Shown: positions 37,901 through 46,414 of the stretch, piece by piece | How the letters are laid out: the number at the start of each line of letters is the position of its first letter | How positions within the stretch are numbered: the first letter of the stretch is position 1 | From: Candidatus Aenigmatarchaeota archaeon | Lineage (GTDB): Archaea; Aenigmatarchaeota; Aenigmatarchaeia; QMZP01 | Length of the DNA stretch: 64,000 nt | Assembly (NCBI GenBank): GCA_016783545.1 | Contig: JADHWJ010000005.1 | Span: 1,605 to 65,604 of the forward strand | Reading direction: 5' to 3' | Notes under the pieces: generated by a model | Databases searched by the model: none | Told to the model about the DNA's origin: nothing | What the model saw: only the letters and a program-made list of their open reading frames with translations | Made by a program: the position numbers and the translations under genes

Positions 37901-39570
37901 TTATTGATAAGCTTTTTTGGTGCACTTAATGTGCCTTGATAATCTGACCAAACAAGAGTTAATTTTATCTGAGAATTGTTTTCTGAAACAAGAATAGTAT
38001 ATGTATTATTTGTTCCATCAGAAAGGCTGCCATTCTTAATAATACCTGAATAGTTCTTATCATCAATTATCTTGTTTATTGCAGCAGTTGCATTGACAAG
38101 TCCCCAGCCCATCTTAAAGTCAGGACCAGTATTATCTAAATCTTTTGCAGTATGTATAAGAATTGCTTTTACAGTTGAAGGGGTAATGTTTGCATTATTG
38201 TGCGTATTCCTATAAGACTCTACCATAAGACCTATTATACCAGAAACAACAGGAGCGGCCATGGAAGTTCCATCTAATTCTGTATATGTCTCTCCAATGT
38301 ATGTAGACTTTATATTTACACCAACAGCAACAACATCTGGCTTTATTCTTCCATCGTCTGTTGGTCCCCATGAACTGAATGATGCCATATTCTCAGAGTC
38401 ATCAACCGCACCAACAGTTATTGTATTCTTTGCGGTTGCACCAGGACCTAGGCTTGTATTGTATGTGTGACTACCTTGGGAAGCTGCACCGCAATAATAA
38501 AGTCCAAAAGAATCTGTTGTAGTTGCCCTTTCATTTCCTGCTGAAAATACAACAGTCATGGGTTTTGGAGTTGTTGTTCCCCTTACTATTTTATCATATT
38601 CTTGGGAATCAGAATCATAGTCTCCAAGCTCTGAGCAGTTGTGTACATTCCACCCCCAACTGTTTTGGGAGAGTACAGCACCATAACTTGTAATGGATTC
38701 GTTTATTTCAGTGTATGTGCTGGCCTGCGGCCAGAAATAATAGCTTACAACAGTTGCATTCGGTGACATACCTTTCCATTGAAATGCTGTTCCGCCTTTG
38801 GATTGGCTAAGACTGCCGTTACTAACCATTATTCCAGCAACATGGGTTGCATGATAATTCTCAGCTACATTATTACCTATGACCCTTCTTGCGTTATAAT
38901 CACTATGATTTGCCAGTCCGCCATCCCACATTGCAAGCGCAACACCTGCACCAGTTAGATTATAGGGATTTGCCTGTACGGTATTAACACCACATGTTGA
39001 CCTTGCACCATCATTCAATAATATTGGTATGCGTATCTCCTCTATCCATTTAACATCATCTTCTGATGCCAGCCTTTTTATCAGGTTCTCAGTTATCTGA
39101 ACGACAAAGGAATTCGAGTTTTCACTTACTACAGTACCATACTCTTCAATTGTTTCTTTTCCCCCATCAGCAAAAAGAATAACCTTTAGTTTTTTGAGTT
39201 TTTGGCTATCTGGATTTGGCTTAATTCCAGGAGATAATTTATCTTCAGGTAAAATCTCTCCAACATATGTTATATTAGGATTTTCCAAAGTCAGCTCATC
39301 AGAAACCTTTGCAATCCATGTTTTTTCTGGTATATAGTCTATAAGCAATAGGCCACTTGCTTCCATTTCCAGTTTTTCTTCGTTTGATGGTATAAAATTA
39401 AACTGAACAATATAATGATTTCCAGTCTCAATGTCAAATGGAAGTGCTTCAGTTATCTCTCTTGATTCTAATATTATGGGTTCTTTGAGCTCAGAATTAT
39501 CCTCGAGCTGTAGAGCTGGTTCTGCTAACAAAACAAATGCTATTATGGTTATTATTAATATTTTTTTCAT
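34942..39570 (-). CDS. Giant (1542 aa) membrane-anchored subtilisin-like (S8) protease with sequon-rich beta domains, a degenerate M1-like module, TSP3-like Ca-binding repeats and Cys-rich C-terminal repeats
   Basis: S8 catalytic triad contexts AMWDGG, HATHVAGIM and GTSMAAPVVSG. Dozens of NxS/T sequons. HQIFHLW...WFAEGVTEYY. DTDSDG...DTDGDGTDDGAEYD. Two CxxxELxCxxxx...C repeats. C-terminal TM helix. Confidence 0.9.
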   Translation of the reverse strand: MKKILIITIIAFVLLAEPALQLEDNSELKEPIILESREITEALPFDIETGNHYIVQFNFIPSNEEKLEMEASGLLLIDYIPEKTWIAKVSDELTLENPNITYVGEILPEDKLSPGIKPNPDSQKLKKLKVILFADGGKETIEEYGTVVSENSNSFVVQITENLIKRLASEDDVKWIEEIRIPILLNDGARSTCGVNTVQANPYNLTGAGVALAMWDGGLANHSDYNARRVIGNNVAENYHATHVAGIMVSNGSLSQSKGGTAFQWKGMSPNATVVSYYFWPQASTYTEINESITSYGAVLSQNSWGWNVHNCSELGDYDSDSQEYDKIVRGTTTPKPMTVVFSAGNERATTTDSFGLYYCGAASQGSHTYNTSLGPGATAKNTITVGAVDDSENMASFSSWGPTDDGRIKPDVVAVGVNIKSTYIGETYTELDGTSMAAPVVSGIIGLMVESYRNTHNNANITPSTVKAILIHTAKDLDNTGPDFKMGWGLVNATAAINKIIDDKNYSGIIKNGSLSDGTNNTYTILVSENNSQIKLTLVWSDYQGTLSAPKKLINNLDLWIENSTGDRFYPWILNLSNLTQPATTGNDSINNIEQIIINNASSGNYTVIVNGTSMPQAPQEYSLIFNDLGNPLWSDNKTSPNSSGLYTENQSYQFNITWSDSFTIDVVIFEFNGTNYTAENRTGNEYYYNMFNLTLGNYSYKWYANDTSGNVNSTDSWTYAINEPDISIILISPENNSFTNNQTVLFSFNATRAIDSALNCSLYINNTLNQTNDTVSLNIETVFSLNISESIYEWHINCSNDTVTNISGTNIVTIDTTAPRITIDSPSDDVYNALLLDLNYSVNESYLDSCWYEYNGTSTSLENCSNSSFSSLDDQVSVVTIYANDSAGNINSSNISFSVYTPDLLYNITINNFSDTEFNVTINITNLNISQFNFSIPTPDYIIGFNVTDNSTELNVTGNSSLKVINTTSFSQAIVSYSVNVTQINQSNTSYSLGRNAFDLDYGLIIGKSSFFYPSNRSINFSTSMVFSVPENWTIAIPLNHTNSTYSIYSNKGLESIIAIGNLTVSSTLVNGTNITVAYPSNANRTYHNNTYYYENNAGELPDFSNSSYADNFYSVYVDIFNESLNSKLLVFYPLFIGSDLNGDSNGYSVYATPYDIEHSTSHQIFHLWNSDIFIANSSSEQWFAEGVTEYYSCLARYNSSLYNRKQYYICLSDWYDTFNNATGTNSSLNVSLIDAGNSDSGGVVGEANYKTIYYSKGAVLTYLWNKNITSNTTNKSFNDVMLYLYQNFYNSRYNNTDIINAVNNITGGNFTWFFNNFVNGTDNFTEANDDFSDTDSDGLVKILETELGTSPTTADTDGDGTDDGAEYDAGSNPLAAPATPNVGGGSAGGTVGSSAAAPVIEVICTESELKCDESLYICSNNSWQVSEDCEYGCENKACKEKPKICTEDELRCSGVSLEKCLDEYEWSLVETCDYKCENNACIEEPKEELSSPVGAFFGMGTETIAGLATVIAIVIITILVIILKKKKNNNSVIYTSKNK

Positions 39571-39992
39571 AGCTCTTCAAAACTCTCAATTTCAATAAAG
39601 TAAAATGCACCTTTTTTCCATGTACCTGTAACCCTATAATTTTTCCCTGCTTTTAGCGGGTGGCAATTTATTGAGCATTCTGAACCCTCACATCCAGTTC
39701 TTGATTGGTTATATTCACCAAAAAGAAATATTTCATAACCACTATACGCAAGCGCAAGATGACCTGCACAGGTATTGCAGCATGGGTTTTCTTCACTACA
39801 AAAAATAGTTGTGCACATTGTATTTACAACCTTGGTTTTTCCTTCAACAGAAACTCTCTGGTCTACATATTTAGTTGGTTTGTTTGCAAGATCAGAAACC
39901 GTAACTTCTTGAGCAACGCAACCACTAATAAAAACTATAGATAATAATAATATAATCCAGATCTTCATGATTAAATATATATAAAAATTCAT
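39567..39992 (-). CDS. Cys-rich lipoprotein-like protein, translationally coupled to the S8 protease
   Basis: Signal segment plus SGC lipobox-like motif. 4-nt overlap (ATGA) with the protease start. Confidence 0.65.
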   Translation of the reverse strand: MNFYIYLIMKIWIILLLSIVFISGCVAQEVTVSDLANKPTKYVDQRVSVEGKTKVVNTMCTTIFCSEENPCCNTCAGHLALAYSGYEIFLFGEYNQSRTGCEGSECSINCHPLKAGKNYRVTGTWKKGAFYFIEIESFEEL

Positions 39993-40008
39993 ATATTAAC
40001 TTAGTCTT

Positions 40009-40332
40009 ATGTTAACAGGAGAAGAGGTAACGATTCTGAGAAAGGATTATAAAATTAATTACATAAAACCATGTAAAACAGATAGTGATAAAAGAATGGC
40101 AGAGGCAAACCTATTAAACTTCAAAATGGATTGCAAAGACATGTATGATATATTGAAGAAATCAGGTCTTTTTGGAACAGTTAAATTATCTGAAAAAATC
40201 AATACAGTAAGGGCAGAAAACCCTGGTTCTGTTACTATTTTTGATACAGGAAAGCTAAGCTTCAAGAGAATGGAAGAAGGAATGGTATTGGATCTTGTGG
40301 ATGGGTTAAATATGTTATTAAGAAAAATATAA
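40009..40332 (+). CDS. Hypothetical protein
   Basis: 107-aa ORF. No family recognised. Confidence 0.45.
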   Translation: MLTGEEVTILRKDYKINYIKPCKTDSDKRMAEANLLNFKMDCKDMYDILKKSGLFGTVKLSEKINTVRAENPGSVTIFDTGKLSFKRMEEGMVLDLVDGLNMLLRKI

Positions 40333-40359
40333 AATACACTATTAATTTTGGATCAGAGA

Positions 40360-42384
40360 CTAAATTATTTTAGCTTTTTTGCATTCGGTTAGAATATCAT
40401 CGGTTGTAGGGACTTTGCCATCTCTAACATATAACCCTAATCTATTAAAAAGCCTTGATACCTGATCATATTCAGACCCAGACCAGGAATGCAATAATCT
40501 ACTCAATGAACGTCCACCGTTGCAAGTTCTTAGTGCCTTTAAAAACTCTATTTTCTCTCCAGGTTCTAGATATTCTGTTGTTGCAATATCCAGAGCAAAA
40601 TCATCAGCCAATTTTTTTGTGCCTTTATCTTTAGTGTCAATTGCTCCATAGACATCATCCATAAATCCAGATTCATCAAAATATAAATCATGAGTTTCTT
40701 CGTCAGCAGAAGCTTCGGCTCTTTTTCTTTCTTCTCTAGCTCTTTTTCTTTCTTCTCTAGCCTTTCCTTCTTCCTCTAATACACTTTTAGGTGTTGGGCC
40801 ATAAGTTTCTGCTTCCAGTTCAGCACTATATCTTGCTAGTTCATCTTTATCTGCCCTATAGGTCAATAACAACTCACCATGCAGATCACCAGTATCTGTG
40901 CCAGCTCTCGCAGCCTTTAACCTCAGTTCATAGTACCTTTCTCCTGAAAGTGCTTCTCTCTGACTTTTTGGAGTTCCGAACATTTTTCTTGGTTTTGGAT
41001 TCTCGTATTCAGTCTTTTTCAATAGTTCAGCAACATGTGTCAATATTCTTTTGGATTTCTCTAAGAACCATTTTTCATATTTTCTATATTGTCTTTCTGT
41101 AACTCCAATAGCATTTTTTCCTCTAAGACTCTTTTCTCTGATATCCTTTTCATCAATGATCCTATCATTATAATCAGGAGGCGGTTCTCCCAATGACACT
41201 GCAAAATGAAGTTGATCTTGACCTGGTATTGCACGAAATGTATCTTTCCATTCATCAAAGGTTCTGGTATCTTGATCTAAGCTAAATAAATCCAAAAACA
41301 TTGGAGATCCGTCATCTTTTACATATCTAAATCTTTCAACTTTTTTTGGAAAATAAGGTCTTTCTGATTCAGCTATAAGAGCTACTGCAAAAAGAATATT
41401 TTCAAAACCCGATTCTTTAAGACTCTCTTTCAATCTAACTGACATTTTTTCTTCTACACAGCTGTAGTTGACTATAACATTTCCATCGGATACTATTCTA
41501 GATAATTCTCTTCCTAAAAAATAAGGATCTAAATCTTCATGTCTTATATAATGACAAAGTTCTGGAGATATGTCTCTAAGAGTTCTAATCTCACCTGAAT
41601 CTTTATCCAAAAAGAAATATACATCTCTTAAAAGATTACTAGAGTACGTCCTTAAACATCTTTTAGTTTCTCTAGCCGTCTCTTCTGATTCTAATCTCTT
41701 CATAAATTTATCCCAGTCATCTTCAAAATCATCACTACCTATCACTTGGTATCCAGGATCAAGTTGAAAAATTCTTGGTATATACATATTGCTCTTTCCA
41801 CGTCCAAGAATTTTCAGAACAAATCTTGTTATTCCAATATCTTTATACTCTTCCATATCCATATCAATCTCTTCAAGAAATCTTGCAATTATTCTTCTGC
41901 GAGGTTCATAATCATCACCAGCCCTTTCTTCGTCTTCATTCATCCAGACTTCGAGTCTATCTGCTTGTTCTGGGCTCAATGATCTTGTATAATTAAATAA
42001 TACATCATCATCCTCTTCTTCCCCATGAAAATTAGTCAGAAATAATCCTTTTTGGCTTAAAAGCTGTCTTCCTGCTATTATTGTTAGTGATCTTAAAGCA
42101 TCATCGTCAAGCTGCTGTTCATAATCAAAGCTTATTATATCAAACCTATCATCAGTCTGTCTGAAAAAATCTACAGGATTTCCTTCTATCCCAACTATAT
42201 TCCCTCTTGGAATTCCCAGAGGATCATATACCTCAGAAATCTCTTCTTCTCCAGGAAAGCACGCAACCTTTAATCGCTTAGGTGATTTTCCTAGCCATTT
42301 CATTTGACTACTAAAGAAGCGTAGCTGCTCCTTTCTTGCTAATTCTTTGATTTTTGTGTCATAACTATTCATATTTACCACCAA
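40360..42384 (-). CDS. Operon gene 6: 674-aa protein with an N-terminal degenerate Rossmann/methyltransferase-like domain
   Basis: LKVACFPGEEE (motif I-like), IVGIEGNPVD (motif II-like), RFDIISFDYEQQLDDD (motif IV-like), LFLTNFHG. This domain is paralogous to the C-terminal domain of 44030..45385. Contains the duplicated AREERKR heptad. Confidence 0.8.
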   Translation of the reverse strand: MVVNMNSYDTKIKELARKEQLRFFSSQMKWLGKSPKRLKVACFPGEEEISEVYDPLGIPRGNIVGIEGNPVDFFRQTDDRFDIISFDYEQQLDDDALRSLTIIAGRQLLSQKGLFLTNFHGEEEDDDVLFNYTRSLSPEQADRLEVWMNEDEERAGDDYEPRRRIIARFLEEIDMDMEEYKDIGITRFVLKILGRGKSNMYIPRIFQLDPGYQVIGSDDFEDDWDKFMKRLESEETARETKRCLRTYSSNLLRDVYFFLDKDSGEIRTLRDISPELCHYIRHEDLDPYFLGRELSRIVSDGNVIVNYSCVEEKMSVRLKESLKESGFENILFAVALIAESERPYFPKKVERFRYVKDDGSPMFLDLFSLDQDTRTFDEWKDTFRAIPGQDQLHFAVSLGEPPPDYNDRIIDEKDIREKSLRGKNAIGVTERQYRKYEKWFLEKSKRILTHVAELLKKTEYENPKPRKMFGTPKSQREALSGERYYELRLKAARAGTDTGDLHGELLLTYRADKDELARYSAELEAETYGPTPKSVLEEEGKAREERKRAREERKRAEASADEETHDLYFDESGFMDDVYGAIDTKDKGTKKLADDFALDIATTEYLEPGEKIEFLKALRTCNGGRSLSRLLHSWSGSEYDQVSRLFNRLGLYVRDGKVPTTDDILTECKKAKII
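40720..40761 (-). repeat. Perfect 21-nt tandem duplication inside operon gene 6
   Basis: tctttttctttcttctctagc occurs twice (40720-40740 and 40741-40761). It encodes the duplicated heptad within ...REERKRAREERKRA... Confidence 0.9.
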
Positions 42385-42441
42385 ATAGTGAATTTTGGAA
42401 AGTTCTACTTAAAAATCAATATCTAATGACTATGAAATATT

Positions 42442-43584
42442 CTATAATTGGCAATGACATGTTGGCTTTTTTCTGTCAAGTTCCAGGCCAACCGCAGTCC
42501 ACATATCATCTGTTTCTTTACAGAGGCCAATACTAATATCACCTTCTGCCCTCTCTCTTATACAATCAACAATATGTCTGTATAAATCCACTCTTATGTC
42601 ATCCCTATATCTATATCTATGGTCTTCATCAGGATCATCAGAAAGCAAATCATCATCAAATAACACTGTATTTGGGAATCTTTGTGTTGCTGATGCTCTT
42701 ATTGTTGGATGAAATCTCAATGAACCCATTGTTACTCTTTCTGGTCTAAGATCCCTAAAAACAGCATCCATCATTCTATTGTATCTCTTCTTCCAGTCCC
42801 CCCTTCTCCATTCTTTTCCACTTAAAAGAAGTAATGGGTCAAATCTCAGTCTCAAAGGATATCCAGCTTCTTGGGCCTTTTTAGCCGCTCCTATTCTTCT
42901 ATATAAAGGGGCTGTATCAAGTTCAATATTCCTTGTCACATGGTCAGAGTTTATGCTCCATGAAACAATTGTGTGTTCATTGTGTTCTAAGTCTAGTAAA
43001 TTATCAACACAATCACTCTTTGATAAAAGCAAAAGCCTTGCATCTTTTCTAGCAAAAAACGGAACCAAAATTCTTGTTAATGGATAAATATAATCAAAAG
43101 CTAGGCTATCCTGGTTTTCACCCATATGATAGACCTGTGTTCCTAAAACAGCCCTTTCTGCAATATCCCTATCAATCTCTTTTAAAAGTTTTTCCCAATT
43201 TAAATTAAACTTTACTCTTGGATGTCTTCCCCTATACGTTCCTTGCATAAAGCAATACTGGCAAGAATAATGGCAGCCATTTGAAATTGGTATTATCTTT
43301 CTTGGGCCCTTGCAATAATGAACAGGTTGACCTTTCGAAGGTGAAATAAATTTTTGAGCTTCTCCTAAGACTAGAGTTTTCTTTCCCCAGTCAACTAAGC
43401 TACCAATTTCCCTATCTTCTAAATCATCTCCAAAGCCATCTTGACTATCAGTAACTTCTATATGCGCATCTGGATACCTTTCCCTAACATTTTCAGTGAC
43501 TTCATGATACTCATAGCCTTTTAGTACAAATATCCTCTCTGGTCTATAATTATCTATGGTTTGTTTTCTTGTCATATTTTTCAC
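42442..43584 (-). CDS. Operon gene 5: radical SAM enzyme, spore-photoproduct-lyase/COG1533-like
   Basis: CxxxCxxC motif in ISNGCHYSCQYCFMQGTYRG. 380 aa. The overall layout resembles the SplB-like DNA photolyase family. Confidence 0.8.
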   Translation of the reverse strand: MKNMTRKQTIDNYRPERIFVLKGYEYHEVTENVRERYPDAHIEVTDSQDGFGDDLEDREIGSLVDWGKKTLVLGEAQKFISPSKGQPVHYCKGPRKIIPISNGCHYSCQYCFMQGTYRGRHPRVKFNLNWEKLLKEIDRDIAERAVLGTQVYHMGENQDSLAFDYIYPLTRILVPFFARKDARLLLLSKSDCVDNLLDLEHNEHTIVSWSINSDHVTRNIELDTAPLYRRIGAAKKAQEAGYPLRLRFDPLLLLSGKEWRRGDWKKRYNRMMDAVFRDLRPERVTMGSLRFHPTIRASATQRFPNTVLFDDDLLSDDPDEDHRYRYRDDIRVDLYRHIVDCIRERAEGDISIGLCKETDDMWTAVGLELDRKKPTCHCQL

Positions 43585-44037
43585 CTAGTATATTACCTCT
43601 CCATTAGGGTTCCATATTATTGTTGATGGTGAAGTACAACCTCCTCCCTCTTCAATCACATATTCTAATGTCTGGTCTCTATATTCATCTGTTTCAAGCA
43701 ATTCTTTTGCATCTTCTTCCATTGCATCTAACATTTCTGGTGGAAAGGACATTCTTTCTTCGTTTTCTCTATTAACATCTTCATCTGTTAATCTAACTCT
43801 TGCACTTCCGCCATGACCCATTCCATATATGCAAAAATCTCTTTCACTATCTCTAGTTATCACAACCGCAAAATCTGGAGCCTGTCCTTTGTAGACATGT
43901 CCGTGCGAAGTTATGATGGAATGTGCCTCTTCTCTTTGAATCCATTCCAAGAAATCAGCAAGAGTGGTGTCTTCAGGATGATCAGTATAAAGCCTGACCA
44001 GATCAGGAACCTCTGCTAAAGGAATTTTATCACTCAT
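43585..44037 (-). CDS. Operon gene 4: 150-aa His-rich acidic protein, unknown function
   Basis: HSIITSHGHVYKG...GMGHGGSARV. Abuts the radical SAM gene start and overlaps the upstream gene by 8 nt. Confidence 0.7.
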   Translation of the reverse strand: MSDKIPLAEVPDLVRLYTDHPEDTTLADFLEWIQREEAHSIITSHGHVYKGQAPDFAVVITRDSERDFCIYGMGHGGSARVRLTDEDVNRENEERMSFPPEMLDAMEEDAKELLETDEYRDQTLEYVIEEGGGCTSPSTIIWNPNGEVIY

Positions 44038-45385
44038 TTTTTACCCCCTTACTCAAACTTACTGGAACTGAAATTCCAGATTTTCTTTTTTCAAATCTGA
44101 AACCCAATGTTTCCATATCACTAGTATCTGCATATTGTGATTCTGTTTCACTTAAAATCACTTCACAATCAAAATCATGTTCTGCACATCTTTCTTCAAT
44201 AAACCCAAGGCATGTTACTTCTTGATCTGTTGTTTCATAGCCTGCTACTTTACTACCCCTTCCTCTTTCGAATCTTGCTATCTCTAATGCTGATGTGTTC
44301 AATGTTACAAATACAACCGCAGGATCATCAAGATGATCATTTTCAAAGAGATTTCTAATTGCTCTTTCTTTGTCAGGACCCCAGGAACTCAGATAATCAA
44401 GCCAGACAAAATTAAACTTGCCATCTTTTATGCCTCTTTTACCAAGGGCTCTGTCCATAAATCCTTCATATAATCTTAATCCTTGGAACATTTCCCCACC
44501 ATCAATTATGTCCCAGTGTCTTATTATTGACTGCATTATATTTGCTTCTTTTCTTCCTCTCTCAACAGCTATACTTTGCTCAGGATCGATTCCAAACCTT
44601 TCATGTAATAGTACATAGTCAATAAAATTAACAGCAGGCATGCCCAGATATCTCAGGTTCCTCGGATTTGATAGATTCTTTCTCACAGCATCACATATAA
44701 GATCTCTATCATATTGCTTTCCTTCTCTTTCTCCTCCTCCTCCTCCATAGAATACGGCATCAAGTATTGGTTGGGTTGTTATGGCATCAACAGAGCCTAG
44801 ATTATCTGCAACCCAGCCTCCATCTAAAAGACCAGAATCCAGAAGAAAACTCTCCATCACAGCCTTTTTGTATGGTTTTCCAAGCTTGCTCACAATATCT
44901 CTGATTATAAGCCTATGTGGTGTTTCACCACCTTTCTGCCTTTGTATCTCAGCGCTGTTTGCATGTTCTTTATCCTCTTCAAGGAAGAATTTTTTTATTG
45001 GTTCATAATTATCCTTTATCTTTTTTGCTCTTACATCCTTTCCAAAATTATGCCAATGTCCATTATAATCAGCTTTTATTTCTTCTGATCTTGGGATATA
45101 ATAACCATTCCATCTTCCACCATATTCATCTACTAGAGAGTTCCACTCCTCTTCTGTAAATTTTGGGCCAAGTATATTTTCAAAAGTAGTACCTATTTCT
45201 AGTAATTTTCCTTTTGTAGGTTTTTTTGGTTCTTCAGGAACCTCAGTTTCAAAGACATATTGTCCAGCTTTTATCTTATATTTTCTATTTCCGTCATACA
45301 TTTCTTTAAGCAAATCCATGATAGGAAGTCCAAATTCAATTGCTGTTTCACCCAGTGAAACGTATCTACTTGGCATTTTATTCAT
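44030..45385 (-). CDS. Operon gene 3: 451-aa protein with an N-terminal excisionase-type HTH and a C-terminal degenerate methyltransferase-like domain
   Basis: RYVSLGETAIEFGLPIMDLLKEMYDGNRKYKIKAGQYVF (HTH_17-like). LRYLGMPAVNF, IAVERGRKE, LYEGFMDRAL and FNFVWLDYLSSWG (MTase motif I-IV-like order). Confidence 0.8.
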   Translation of the reverse strand: MNKMPSRYVSLGETAIEFGLPIMDLLKEMYDGNRKYKIKAGQYVFETEVPEEPKKPTKGKLLEIGTTFENILGPKFTEEEWNSLVDEYGGRWNGYYIPRSEEIKADYNGHWHNFGKDVRAKKIKDNYEPIKKFFLEEDKEHANSAEIQRQKGGETPHRLIIRDIVSKLGKPYKKAVMESFLLDSGLLDGGWVADNLGSVDAITTQPILDAVFYGGGGGEREGKQYDRDLICDAVRKNLSNPRNLRYLGMPAVNFIDYVLLHERFGIDPEQSIAVERGRKEANIMQSIIRHWDIIDGGEMFQGLRLYEGFMDRALGKRGIKDGKFNFVWLDYLSSWGPDKERAIRNLFENDHLDDPAVVFVTLNTSALEIARFERGRGSKVAGYETTDQEVTCLGFIEERCAEHDFDCEVILSETESQYADTSDMETLGFRFEKRKSGISVPVSLSKGVKNE

Positions 45386-46406
45386 CTCCTTTGAAAGTTT
45401 GCATTTTCATAACATCTTCACGAAGGTATATTTTAGCTTTACGTGCTCCAGTATGAGTTTTTATTTTACCATCAATATAGGTCACACCAGCTCCTTTTAC
45501 CAATTTACGGAAGTCAGCCATCACTTCTTTTGGATATTTGCCTCTCTCATCTTTTTCAGCACCAGGGAATAGATATTTCAAGACATCTCCCTGGGAGAAT
45601 GCTTCTGCCTGGGTATATATCTTTTCGTTGAGTCTTGTAGCTAATTCAGGTATCGGTTCTGTTGTTGGACTTGTTTCCAAAAGAGGATAATCAATATCTG
45701 AAACAACAACAAAACTAAGGTTTGCTTCATCAGGCCATCTTGGGTTTCCAGTTCTTAATCTATCTGACAGTTCTCTTCTTATTTCATCCCTATCAAGTTT
45801 AGATTTTTCTGCAGATATTCTCACATAACCATCAGTTTCTTCTGGTAAACTTATTTTGAATCCAGCAGATTCAGAAGTTGCCATGCAATACTCTAATAAA
45901 TTCAACATTAGACTGGGGTTTGCTTCAATATCTTCAAAAAGTATTGTTGGCAAAAGATATACCACTTCATCCATTTCTAGAATAAAAACACCAGCTTCTT
46001 TTCTTTGTTCTAGAGAGCTTCTCCTTTCAGCGGCTTCAAGAGTCCTTTCATATGCTGTTTTTGTTTCTTGAGCTTCAGTATAACTTTCATCTAAGGCTGC
46101 TTTTACTTTTGGCTTCAGGGATTCAAGGGCTGTTTCTTCATATTCAGTTATAAATTCTATGGCATCTTTTCCATCAGCTTCTAATTCAGTTGTCAATTCC
46201 TTTATATCAGAACCTGATAAAGAAGCAAATGTTTCATTTCTCTCGTGGAGAGCCTGTGCCATATCTTTTGAAACTTGAATTAATCTTGAATGTAACTCAG
46301 TGTCATATTCACTCAATAACATATCTACTCTTTCTCTATATTCAGAACTAAGATTTCCTAGAGTCGTTCCTATACCAGAATCTTCCTTGTGTTCATATTG
46401 AGACAT
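45378..46406 (-). CDS. Operon gene 2: 342-aa acidic protein, unknown function
   Basis: Long acidic helical N-terminal half. The C-terminal segment IYTQAEAF...IYLREDVMKM may be HTH-like. 8-nt overlap with gene 3. Confidence 0.75.
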   Translation of the reverse strand: MSQYEHKEDSGIGTTLGNLSSEYRERVDMLLSEYDTELHSRLIQVSKDMAQALHERNETFASLSGSDIKELTTELEADGKDAIEFITEYEETALESLKPKVKAALDESYTEAQETKTAYERTLEAAERRSSLEQRKEAGVFILEMDEVVYLLPTILFEDIEANPSLMLNLLEYCMATSESAGFKISLPEETDGYVRISAEKSKLDRDEIRRELSDRLRTGNPRWPDEANLSFVVVSDIDYPLLETSPTTEPIPELATRLNEKIYTQAEAFSQGDVLKYLFPGAEKDERGKYPKEVMADFRKLVKGAGVTYIDGKIKTHTGARKAKIYLREDVMKMQTFKGDE

Positions 46407-46414
46407 ATTATCAC

